Origin: Desulfosudaceae bacterium
GTDB taxonomy: Bacteria; Desulfobacterota; Desulfobacteria; Desulfobacterales; Desulfosudaceae
Direction of reading: 5' to 3'
Assembly (NCBI GenBank): GCA_963674745.2
Contig: CAXXDV010000003.1
Coordinates: forward strand, 1,376,001-1,440,000
Length of the DNA: 64,000 nt
The translations under genes and the position numbers were made by a program. The notes beneath the pieces were generated by a model, which was not told the DNA's origin, made no database searches, and was given only the letters and a program-made list of their open reading frames with translations. Positions 25,947-34,900 of this stretch are shown one piece after another; position 1 is the first letter of the stretch, and each line of letters opens with the position of its first letter.

Positions 25947-27940
25947 CGAATCTTTCCCTTACCTCTGAATGTAACCAGAATTGTTCATACTGCTTTGCCG
26001 GGAATATAACGGAAGTCAGCCGTTTTCCCCGCCGGGAGTATGATGGGTTCCTCGCGTTTTTGAGGCGGTCAGGGATCAAGCAGGTCCGGTTGCTGGGCGG
26101 TGAACCCACGCTTCATCCGGACTTTATTTTTTTTGTAGAAGAGGCTTTCCGTCAGGGCTTTCATGTGCTGGTATTTTCAAACGGCATGATGCCTGAAAGC
26201 GCCGTAAAATGTCTTGAAATCCTGCCCCCGGACAAGCTACTGGTTCTGGTAAATACCACCCCTTCCCGGCGTTGGAACATGAACCTACGTGGTCGCCGGA
26301 TCGAGATATTGAAACGTTTGAATCAGAGGGTAATGATCGGTTTAACCATTCACACAACGAACCCTGATATTGATTCCATCTGTTCGTATATTGAAATATT
26401 GAATTTACGCCCCGCCATCCGCCTGGGTCTGGCCCATCCCTGCCCGGACAGCACCAATCAATGGTTGCCTCCCAAGCATTATTGTCTGGTCGGACAAATC
26501 ATAGCCGATTTTATCATTCGGCACCCGGATCTGTCGATCGAGTTTGATTGCGGCTTCGTGCCCTGCATGTTCCCGGACTGGTTTTTTTCACAGTCTGTTT
26601 TCAAACCGGAGGACATCGGGCGCCGCTGCGGGCCGATACCGGACATCTTACCCGATGGCTCAGTAGTGCACTGTTTTCCGTTACGTGCCATATCGAAACT
26701 GACACTGGATCAACTGGCCTGTGCCCGGGCGGCAGGAAAAGAATTGTCGCGAATGGTTGCACCGTATCAGCATACGGGTATTTTCCCGGAATGCGGCTGC
26801 TGTGAATATCGGACGGCGGATCAGTGCTCCGGCGGTTGTATTGCGGCAGCCGGCCGGCGCTTGAGAAGTTCGTCTCAATGCTTTTCTCTGTCAATTCCGC
26901 TCAGCACATCCCTTGCGTCGGATTTTACCGGCAATGAGCCGTCCCCCGGTAACGGGACGCTGGAAGATGTGAACGATGCCAGGGTGGACAAAGATTTCAT
27001 CATTCCGTATATCGATCAGCCACCGCGTTTCTGGGAGGAAATTTATAGCGCCTTTGGCCGGTTTATCAAAAAGGTGTATTGTCCCCTGCCCGGCAGTAAA
27101 ATCGGTTCCGGGCGTCCGCCTCAACCCGATGACCATTTACATCAATTTTTATGTTCCGGTTATTTTGAGACGGATATCCTTATCAACTCGCCTTTTGTTA
27201 AAGAACCGCTGGACGATTTTACAAGCCGTGTCATCAGGGAATTGAGGCTGTTTTCGGAGAAATACCCTTTATCGGGCGTGACGATTGCCAATCGTAAGGT
27301 CGGCAGACGGATCCGGGAGGTATTTCCTGACCTGACCCTGACGGCTTCGGTGTTGATGGATGTTTACGGGCCTGATCAGATAAAACGGATGGGGGATACT
27401 TTTGACTGCCTGGTTCCGTCCAGCAGGATTATGCGTAATATCAATGCCCTGATGCGGATCAGGCAGGCTTTTGCCGGGAAGATACGGTTGATCGCCAATG
27501 AAGCGTGCCTTCCGGGCTGCCCCTACCGTGATCAGCATTTTTACGAGATGAATTCCGACCGTTCGTACCCTGAATCGCTCTGTACCGACCTTCTCGAGGA
27601 AAAACCATGGCTGCGCTTAACCGGTGCCTGGGTTCTTCCGCAGCACCTGTCTTTTTTCGATACCATCTATGATGAACTCAAACTGGCGGGCCGCGTTACC
27701 TTAAAAGATCCGGCAAAGTATATGAAGGTGCTGAATGCTTATATTACCGGGACGCCGCTGACCCCGGATGAAATCGGCGGCGGGCCGGCGTCTGTCCTAG
27801 ACCCTGTTTATATTGATTCTGATTTTTATTTTTCCACGTTAAATTGTGATAAACAATGCCATCAATGCGATATCTGCAGCACATATTATGAAATGCAGAC
27901 CAATCCGGTAGAAAATGAAACAGAAAAAGTGCCTGTATGA
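25943..27940 (+). CDS. Radical SAM/SPASM fused to a peptidase-U32-like Fe-S domain
   Basis: CNQNCSYC, LLGGEPTLHP, SPASM-like C...C...CGCC...CSGGC; from ~aa 352 a U32-like barrel: GVTIAN, LTASV, IANEACLPGCPYRDQH, C, LKLAGR, terminal CDKQCHQCDIC. Confidence 0.8.
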   Translation: MTNLSLTSECNQNCSYCFAGNITEVSRFPRREYDGFLAFLRRSGIKQVRLLGGEPTLHPDFIFFVEEAFRQGFHVLVFSNGMMPESAVKCLEILPPDKLLVLVNTTPSRRWNMNLRGRRIEILKRLNQRVMIGLTIHTTNPDIDSICSYIEILNLRPAIRLGLAHPCPDSTNQWLPPKHYCLVGQIIADFIIRHPDLSIEFDCGFVPCMFPDWFFSQSVFKPEDIGRRCGPIPDILPDGSVVHCFPLRAISKLTLDQLACARAAGKELSRMVAPYQHTGIFPECGCCEYRTADQCSGGCIAAAGRRLRSSSQCFSLSIPLSTSLASDFTGNEPSPGNGTLEDVNDARVDKDFIIPYIDQPPRFWEEIYSAFGRFIKKVYCPLPGSKIGSGRPPQPDDHLHQFLCSGYFETDILINSPFVKEPLDDFTSRVIRELRLFSEKYPLSGVTIANRKVGRRIREVFPDLTLTASVLMDVYGPDQIKRMGDTFDCLVPSSRIMRNINALMRIRQAFAGKIRLIANEACLPGCPYRDQHFYEMNSDRSYPESLCTDLLEEKPWLRLTGAWVLPQHLSFFDTIYDELKLAGRVTLKDPAKYMKVLNAYITGTPLTPDEIGGGPASVLDPVYIDSDFYFSTLNCDKQCHQCDICSTYYEMQTNPVENETEKVPV

Positions 27941-28049
27941 AAACAGAGGGGGTGATAATGACAGATAGTGCCCTTTTATTTTTCTGGACAAGAATGATCG
28001 TCCGGTGAATGGATCGGAAATGCCTTGCAAAGGATGCTTTTACAGTTTG

Positions 28050-28496
28050 TTATCCAAATATATCGATTTTACTTTCACCGCTCATATATCTGAAATAGTC
28101 AGACAAAATACGCCCGTGATCAAAAGCCAGGGTTTCCGGCAAGGTGTCTTTGGTATAAACAACGGCCCTGGCGGCATCGTCTGCAGCAATGGGCGTACCT
28201 TCGGCTTCGGCGATAAAAACGACGCTGGCCGTATGGTGACGGGGGTCACGGGCTGGATCGGAATAAACGTGAAACTGCTCTTTCAGGCTCACATTCAGCC
28301 CGGTTTCTTCAGCCGCCTCGCGAACAGCAGCCCTTTCCACCGATTCACCGTAATCGACAAACCCGCCCGGCAAAGCCCAGCCATAGGGCGGATTTTTGCG
28401 TTCAATCAGAATGATACCGCCATTGATTTGAATAATGATATCAACAGTCAAAAAGGGGTTGCGGGGATTGTTCATATACGGATTCTTCCCTTTCAA
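28050..28496 (-). CDS. NUDIX hydrolase (ADP-ribose pyrophosphatase-like)
   Basis: Nudix box [33 protein letters not shown]. Confidence 0.93.
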   Translation of the reverse strand: MKGKNPYMNNPRNPFLTVDIIIQINGGIILIERKNPPYGWALPGGFVDYGESVERAAVREAAEETGLNVSLKEQFHVYSDPARDPRHHTASVVFIAEAEGTPIAADDAARAVVYTKDTLPETLAFDHGRILSDYFRYMSGESKIDIFG

Positions 28497-28540
28497 AGCC
28501 AGGCCGGTGTTTTTGTTATTTAAGAGGCTGGGTTGTTCAA

Positions 28541-28860
28541 GGTGTTTATGTGGTTAAGTGTTTATGTGATTAAGGTATCAGGGTGTTACGTGTTATTTAT
28601 TTTTGGTTAAGGTGTTGTCGCTCGCGAATGTTGTAGGGGCGGCCCCCTGTGGCCGCCCGGCAAAAGGGCAACCACAGGGGGTTGCCCCTACAGGAGTTCG
28701 GGGCCCTCGCCTATCATCACTCAACCTCCGAACCTACAACCCTCGCAATGACGCAATCAACTAAAACTCTAACACTTTAAAACCTAAAACTTAAGTCTTT
28801 AATGCCTCAACAAACCAATCAACCACGATATCCACTTAATCACTTAATCACATAAACACC
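28541..28860. repeat. Inverted CAC(A/T)TAAN octamer arrays flanking the REP doublet
   Basis: GGTGTTTATGTGGTTAAGTGTTTATGTGATTAAG (28541-74) is largely the reverse complement of CACTTAATCACTTAATCACATAAACACC (28833-60). Confidence 0.7.
28633..28691. repeat. GTAG-family REP doublet (REPIN-like)
   Basis: GTAGGGGCGGCCCCCTGTGGCCGCCC (28633-58) and inverted GGGCAACCACAGGGGGTTGCCCCTAC (28666-91), 22/26 identical, each with an internal hairpin. Confidence 0.85.
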
Positions 28861-28955
28861 TTCTAAGTAACTTAACAAAAAAACGCCATATGTTGTGTTA
28901 TATACACGCCGAAGCACAACCCACGAAACAACCCAGTGTAAGAAAGTTATTTGTA

Positions 28956-28987
28956 GGTTTGGTTCCGGGCCGTGCCCGGTTGGAACG
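28956..28987. repeat. Dispersed hairpin repeat, copy 1
   Basis: GGTTTGGTTCCGGGCcgtGCCCGGTTGGAACG; second copy at 58916-58947. Confidence 0.75.
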
Positions 28988-29109
28988 CTAATCACCCGCT
29001 CACCAAGTCATTATTTTAAACCCGTTGATTTCAATTGCTTTTTGTAAATACAGCGTTATATAGAGAGTATCCGAAATAAACGCCTTTCTAATTTGAGCAA
29101 AGAGGTTTT

Positions 29110-29529
29110 TTGATGGGAGACTGGATGTCCGAGTTGTTTCGACTGAAATCAGTCTTTAAACCGTTGGTTATTGTTATGCTGGGGGGCGGTCTGGGCGCGG
29201 CCAGCCGATATCTGGTCGGTTTATTGAGCGCCAGGATATGGGGGACTCATTTTCCCTGGGGAACGCTTATCGTTAATCTGGCGGGTTGTTTTCTGATCGG
29301 TTTTTTTTTCGCCCTTTCGGACCGGGCCCGACTGCTGACACCGGAAATGCGCCTTCTGTTGATCACCGGATTTCTGGGCGCACTGACCACATTTTCTACG
29401 TTTTCTCTTGAAACCACCAACGCCGCTCGAGCCGGCATGACGCTTCAGCCGGTTGTTAATATTCTGGTCAACAACCTGGGCGGTATCGGCTTGACCTTTC
29501 TGGGGTTATGGCTGGGAAGCCTTAAATAG
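29110..29529 (+). CDS. crcB: Fluoride channel CrcB/Fluc
   Basis: GGGLGAASRY, FPWGTLIVNLAGCF, TGFLGALTTFSTF; true start may be ATG 29125. Confidence 0.95.
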   Translation: MMGDWMSELFRLKSVFKPLVIVMLGGGLGAASRYLVGLLSARIWGTHFPWGTLIVNLAGCFLIGFFFALSDRARLLTPEMRLLLITGFLGALTTFSTFSLETTNAARAGMTLQPVVNILVNNLGGIGLTFLGLWLGSLK

Positions 29530-29537
29530 GGGGGGGA

Positions 29538-30827
29538 ATGCTTAATTACAAAGCGATCGAGATTTTTACCAGCGAAGAAGCACGTTACCGGAAAAAGCCG
29601 TTAGTCGATACGGTCCTGCAATATATCAAAGACTTGAAGATTGCCGCCCGCTGTATCGTCACCCGGGGTATTGCCGGTTGTTACGAAAGCGGTGAATTGA
29701 CGACTACCCGCCTGGAAATCCTCTCTTTCAACCTGCCGGTCCGAATCTATATCGTTCTTCCAGACGCTGAAGCCGAACGGGTGCTCGACGGACTGAACGA
29801 GATGATCACCGACGGCATCGTGGCGCTGCATGATCTGAACGTACTCTGTCACCGGACGCAAAATGCCTTTTTTCCCAGGCAGCTCCTGGTTCGGGACGTC
29901 ATGACCCGCGATCCGGAATGTGTGACAGCCGGCACCGCTTTGAGCGATGTGGTTCGCCTGCTTTTATCCTCGATTTTTTCAGGGTTGCCCGTAGTCGATG
30001 AGTTCAACCGTCCCGTGGGTGTCATCACCCAGGGGGATTTGATTAAAAAAGGCGGCCTTCCCCTGCGTTTGGGGCTGCTGGCAGAGTCCGATCAGAACCG
30101 CCTGGCGTCTGTTTTAAACCGGCTTTCTTCCCGAACGGCCAGCGAAGTCATGACGACACCGGCGGTGATGATTGCCGCCGACCAGCCATTAACCAAAGCA
30201 GTGGAACTGATGTTGAACAAAGGCGTTAAACGCCTGCCGGTAGTCGATAAGAACGGCGGAATCTCAGGCATGCTGTCGCGGCTGGATATCTTCCGGACGG
30301 TCATGCGGGAGGCGCCGGACTGGGACACATTCAAGGCGCAAAAAATAGAAGTAAAACAGCTAAAACGCGTAGGGGACATTTTACACCGGGACGTGCACGC
30401 CGTCTCACCGGAGACGACGATTGATGAAGTTATCCGGTTTATCGATGACAACGCCATTCAACGGGTGGCCGTTGTTGACACCGGGGGAAAACTGCTGGGG
30501 TTGATTTCGGATCGTGATTTGCTGCGATACTTCAAGCCGGAGCAGGAAGGTGTCTGGCGTATATTGGCAAAGATGAAAAACCCCTTCAAGCAGGAGACTT
30601 CCGATTCCGGAGATATTCAAAAGCGCCTGTCCGAGATAACCGCAGGAGCGGTCATGACAACAACGGTGATTACGGTTGATGAGGACATGAAAATCGAAAC
30701 GGCCATCGGTTTGATGCTTGACAAGGGGCTAAAACGGCTTCCCGTAATTAACCGGGATGGCCGGTTCCAGGGCATGATCAGTCGGGACGCGCTGTTGCGG
30801 ACGGGGTATGGAAGCCAGGCGTCTTGA
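29538..30827 (+). CDS. DUF190 (PII-like) domain + two CBS pairs
   Basis: 'IFTSEEARY...VTRGIAG...ILSFNLPVRI' DUF190; four CBS repeats (GLPVVD, KRLPVVD, RVAVVD, KRLPVIN). Confidence 0.85.
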   Translation: MLNYKAIEIFTSEEARYRKKPLVDTVLQYIKDLKIAARCIVTRGIAGCYESGELTTTRLEILSFNLPVRIYIVLPDAEAERVLDGLNEMITDGIVALHDLNVLCHRTQNAFFPRQLLVRDVMTRDPECVTAGTALSDVVRLLLSSIFSGLPVVDEFNRPVGVITQGDLIKKGGLPLRLGLLAESDQNRLASVLNRLSSRTASEVMTTPAVMIAADQPLTKAVELMLNKGVKRLPVVDKNGGISGMLSRLDIFRTVMREAPDWDTFKAQKIEVKQLKRVGDILHRDVHAVSPETTIDEVIRFIDDNAIQRVAVVDTGGKLLGLISDRDLLRYFKPEQEGVWRILAKMKNPFKQETSDSGDIQKRLSEITAGAVMTTTVITVDEDMKIETAIGLMLDKGLKRLPVINRDGRFQGMISRDALLRTGYGSQAS

Positions 30828-30842
30828 ACGCCTGATGTCTGT

Positions 30843-31529
30843 TTATACCCCTCCCCTGTTCAAGGCATCCAGCAAAGGTGCGATATCTTCTTTATATTCC
30901 GGTTCAATCAGTAAATTTCTGGCCGGGAAATTGGGGATAAACGGTTGACCATGCACCGACAAGTACCCCTCTCTGTATCGCATTCTGTTTTCCGCCGATT
31001 GCATGAAAATCAGCACATCTGTCATGTTGCCGGTAAAACCGTATGAATCAATATGTTCAATATACTGCAACATGACATGATTAACCGATACGGTCAGCGG
31101 TGACATGCGCGCGTATTCCCCTCGCCGGCAAGTCTTCTGGGAAACCAGGCAACGGCAGGCAAAAGGACGCACATCATATATCGGGCACTGGTTCTCGCTC
31201 AACAAAGGGCAATCTCCCCAGGCCGGATCAATAACCTCTTCCGGCACTTCCTCCTCTTTGACAATCATTTCCGTCAACCGGTTAAACGTGAACTGAGGGA
31301 TAAAACGCTTTCTTAATAAGTATGCTTGCAACTGATCCGGAACAGCCACCCGGCCTGCCCGTTCCAATGCCTCGACAATCAGAAAGCCCTCCAGAGAAGT
31401 TATGGTTACATTAATGGTGCAGCAGGTGGCGCACCCGGCCCGGCAAGCCAGGTCAAGCGAGTCGACATGCTCATCATACACTTTGCAAATATGATTATAA
31501 GCAGTTGTTTTATCATCGATATTAAACAT
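30843..31529 (-). CDS. YkgJ-family (CxxxCxxCC) putative Zn/Fe-chelating protein
   Basis: CRAGCATCC; CPLLSENQCPIYDVRPFACR. Confidence 0.85.
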   Translation of the reverse strand: MFNIDDKTTAYNHICKVYDEHVDSLDLACRAGCATCCTINVTITSLEGFLIVEALERAGRVAVPDQLQAYLLRKRFIPQFTFNRLTEMIVKEEEVPEEVIDPAWGDCPLLSENQCPIYDVRPFACRCLVSQKTCRRGEYARMSPLTVSVNHVMLQYIEHIDSYGFTGNMTDVLIFMQSAENRMRYREGYLSVHGQPFIPNFPARNLLIEPEYKEDIAPLLDALNRGGV

Positions 31530-31762
31530 AATTTATGCACCTGGCCGTTTCGCATTTGTCGATTTTCCCCGTTATCTCCAATCGGAAAAGCATCTACTTA
31601 AATTTCCGGAATTTCACGAACGGCAAAGCGACCTGGTTCCTTCAAAACTTGCGCGCCGTAATCTTGAATTTTATGCCTCCATGAAGCTTGTTTTTCTTAC
31701 TTCATACCATGAGGCACACCCCCCATTCAATACTATTACGCCTCAAGTTGATAGAATAAGCA

Positions 31763-31791
31763 TTGACACTTAAAAGCCGGGTTGGTAAAAT
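31763..31791 (+). promoter_or_regulatory. sigma70 promoter upstream of the 1170-aa gene
   Basis: TTGACA-17 bp-TAAAAT with a TG extended -10. Confidence 0.65.
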
Positions 31792-31920
31792 AATCGAATA
31801 AAAAAAGGAACTTGATGCCACACTGAGGCACATATCACCATAATTACAAAATTTTATGAGGGCCACATGCTTGGAAAAATGCTGAAACTGCCTCAGAAAC
31901 CCCATCAACCGGAGTAATTT

Positions 31921-34900
31921 GTGACAAAAAACAATAAATTCAAGATGCTTATAATATTTCTGCTGGTCTTCCCCCTTTTTCCCGTCGACGTCACCGCCAA
32001 TGCGGATAAATATGAACTGGTCCTGCGTCAAACCGCTTCCGACTTAGGATTTGATCCGGCTGTTAACCGGGAGGGAACGGAAGATGAGATTTTTTACTCT
32101 ATTACCGCTTACAACCCGGACATGATGGGGCTGCAATTCAAGGTCATGGTCTATAAAAGCAAAAAGATCAAACAGGGTGTCTTGGAAATGGGCAATGCCT
32201 TTATGCAAACAGCCAAAGCCCAGGCCGGTTCACTGCCCTCAAAATCCTCGTCCACACGGATCTTTGACGGAATCAGTGTAGAACAGGTGTCGTGGGCGCC
32301 CCACAACTACAGCGGCCCAGTTACCGCCGGCGCCACGCTTAAAACCACCACCCTGACGGTAGAGCCCGATCCACTGATTGTTTTTTCGGTCCTGGTCCAG
32401 GGCGATCGCAATCCCGACCCCTATATGTCGGCCTTGATCAAGAATCTTAAAAATGCCGGGCTGTTCGGACCGGTGGATGAAGGTGTGGCCTTTACGGTCC
32501 AGGTCCGAAAAGACGGCTGGCTGCCTGTTGATCGGCCGGTGGCCACAGGCAATGCCTCCCCTTCCTCCATCACATTGACAGGGCGCGTACTGGACCCGGC
32601 CGGGCAACCCGTCACCGGCGCGCGACTGCACATCCCGTCGCTAAACCTCTCGACTGACACCAACATGGATGGTTCGTTCCGGCTTTATACGGCAACCCAA
32701 GGGAAAGACCCTTTTACACTGGATTTCAATATTACCATGCAGCAGCCCGTATCCGGCACACGGGTCACCATAACCGGGCCGGATTTTCAAACATTGCCGG
32801 TGCCTTATAACACACAGTTAACCATTTCCGCGACTGACCGGAACGGCCAACCAATCTCAAAGGCGGCGGTCGGCCTGAACTGGACCATTCCCGGTTTTGT
32901 CAGGGCCCCGGTAGCATCCACCATGCTCGACACCCTGGGGCAAGCGAAAATCCCCCTGGAAATCCATAGGCCGGGCCCCATAAACAGCAATGTTTTGGCC
33001 GCCGAAATGCTGACCGTCAAAGTGGAAGCCGTCGTCAAACCCCGGGACGGCGGCGAAACCGCCCGGGGCATCTATACCTCCCCGCTTAACCTGGCCCTGA
33101 TTTCAGGCTTGACTGTGGGGCCGGACATGCAGCCTCGAGAGGAAGCCGAAGCGCCCCGCATAACAGGGGTATCACAGAAAATGTGTGTCGACCGCTGGAA
33201 AGATGAAACCGGACGGTTCGGCATTTTGGTCCACCCGCTTCATCCGGTTTCTTTGAAACCCATGGACAACTGGGAGTTGTTCTGGAACGAGAACAACCAC
33301 CTGCCGCTCAATTATCCAATGGCAACAAGCCCCCAACCCGGTCAGGTTCTTGAAGTGGGAAAAATTGACGTGCTGACGCCCCAAGAACACATCCAACGAT
33401 TGACCGGCGTTTTAAAAGAATTCTGCTCTGCCATGGCGCTGACACCGACAGAACAGTCCGGCATTCAGAACGCCATTCTCAGGCTGGTGTTTCAGCCCGG
33501 TTCTTCAAATGATGTTCCCGTTTACCTGGACAACTATACGGATGATTCCGGAATTATCACCACACCCGGAAAAGCAGAAGCATACTGGGGCAACAACCTG
33601 AACGTGGGCGATGACCCGGCTTACCAGATCATTCCCCATGAGCTGGGTCATTTTGTCCACCATCATCTCGTCGAAAAGCACGCCTTCATCCATATGTGCT
33701 ACAACAAGCTGTCCACCGGAGATCATGAGACATGGAAAGTGCCGTCCACGGCACGATTCAAGGCCCCCTATCTGAGTTTTTCCGAAAACACCGCCGATTT
33801 CTTCGCCCTGGTATTCCGGAATTTCTGGGCGTCCCGTCACCCGGAAATCAAAGAGTCCCCTTATTTTATGCGGCCGGGGTACATGCCGGAGTTTAAAACA
33901 GACGAAAAGGCCATGGCGGTGGTCGGTTCCGGTACTCCCGGTTACCTGGTCGAAGGCGTACAAACACGTTTTCTGCGGGCGTTTTACGGCAACGCGGTAA
34001 ACACCCGGCCGGCGGTTGTCTTCAACGACTATCTCAACACCATGCTGCTTCACCTCGACCGGCAAAGCGGCTGGGCGGGCACCTTGACCAACCGGCCGGC
34101 ACGGACCATCTCCCAGTGGGTGCAGACCAAACAAAGTTTACCCAGAGGGCTCGGTTCTGCTGATGTCAGCGCCCTGGCAGGCCGGTACCGCCTGTTTGAG
34201 GGTGCCGAACCGGAACCGACCGCGACACCCGAATTCGGCAAAAAAGAGTCCCGCATCATCATCTATGGCCATAAAGAAGACTTCAGCGCTTTTCCGGTTG
34301 TGACGATTCCATTCAACCAGATTATCCAGGTCACGGCCGGGTTGATCAATATCGATCTCTCGGACGCGACCGTCACGCGCACACTGGTGGTTAAGGCCCC
34401 GGCCCGGATAAAACTGTACTCCCGCACCAGAATAAAGGTTTACATGGGAATGGTCGGTGCGGATTTTCCGATAGAAATCGAAACGCCGGGCGGCATTATC
34501 AAACCAACAGGCACCGTGGTCCAGGTTCATGTCGATGATCAGGAACAGACCGACGTGAGCACCCTGCACGGGAGTGTCCAGGTCACGTCAAACACCGGCC
34601 GGATTACATCTCTGGGTGCCGGGCAATCGATTCAAATGACCGCCGATGGCGCTTTTTCCGCTGTTAATGCCTTCAACCCGGAAGCGCGTCTGTCTGCGTT
34701 CCTGCCCGACCTGGAATTGCCCCCCCTCCCCCGGCAGGGATCCGGATCTTCGCCGGGATTAATCCTGAATCAAATTCAGGAGCGCATCAAAGACTTTCCC
34801 TGGACGAACCCGGACCGGGTCAGGGAAAGGATAAAAAACCTTCCCCGGTGGGCACTGCCGGCTGCGGCCCTGCTGGCCGCCATCCTGGGAGCCATTTCGC

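Noticed and set aside
26996..27940. Treating the U32-like domain as the leader peptidase
   Set aside because: Characterised U32 proteins are Fe-S hydroxylation factors, and the domain is Cys-rich with no visible protease motif. Not formally excluded.
28005..28523. 172-aa plus-strand ORF after the rSAM operon
   Set aside because: Almost entirely antisense to a clear NUDIX gene, so it is treated as a shadow ORF.
28990..29125. Fluoride riboswitch upstream of crcB
   Set aside because: The consensus elements are not visible; a cmsearch with RF01734 would be needed to exclude it fully.
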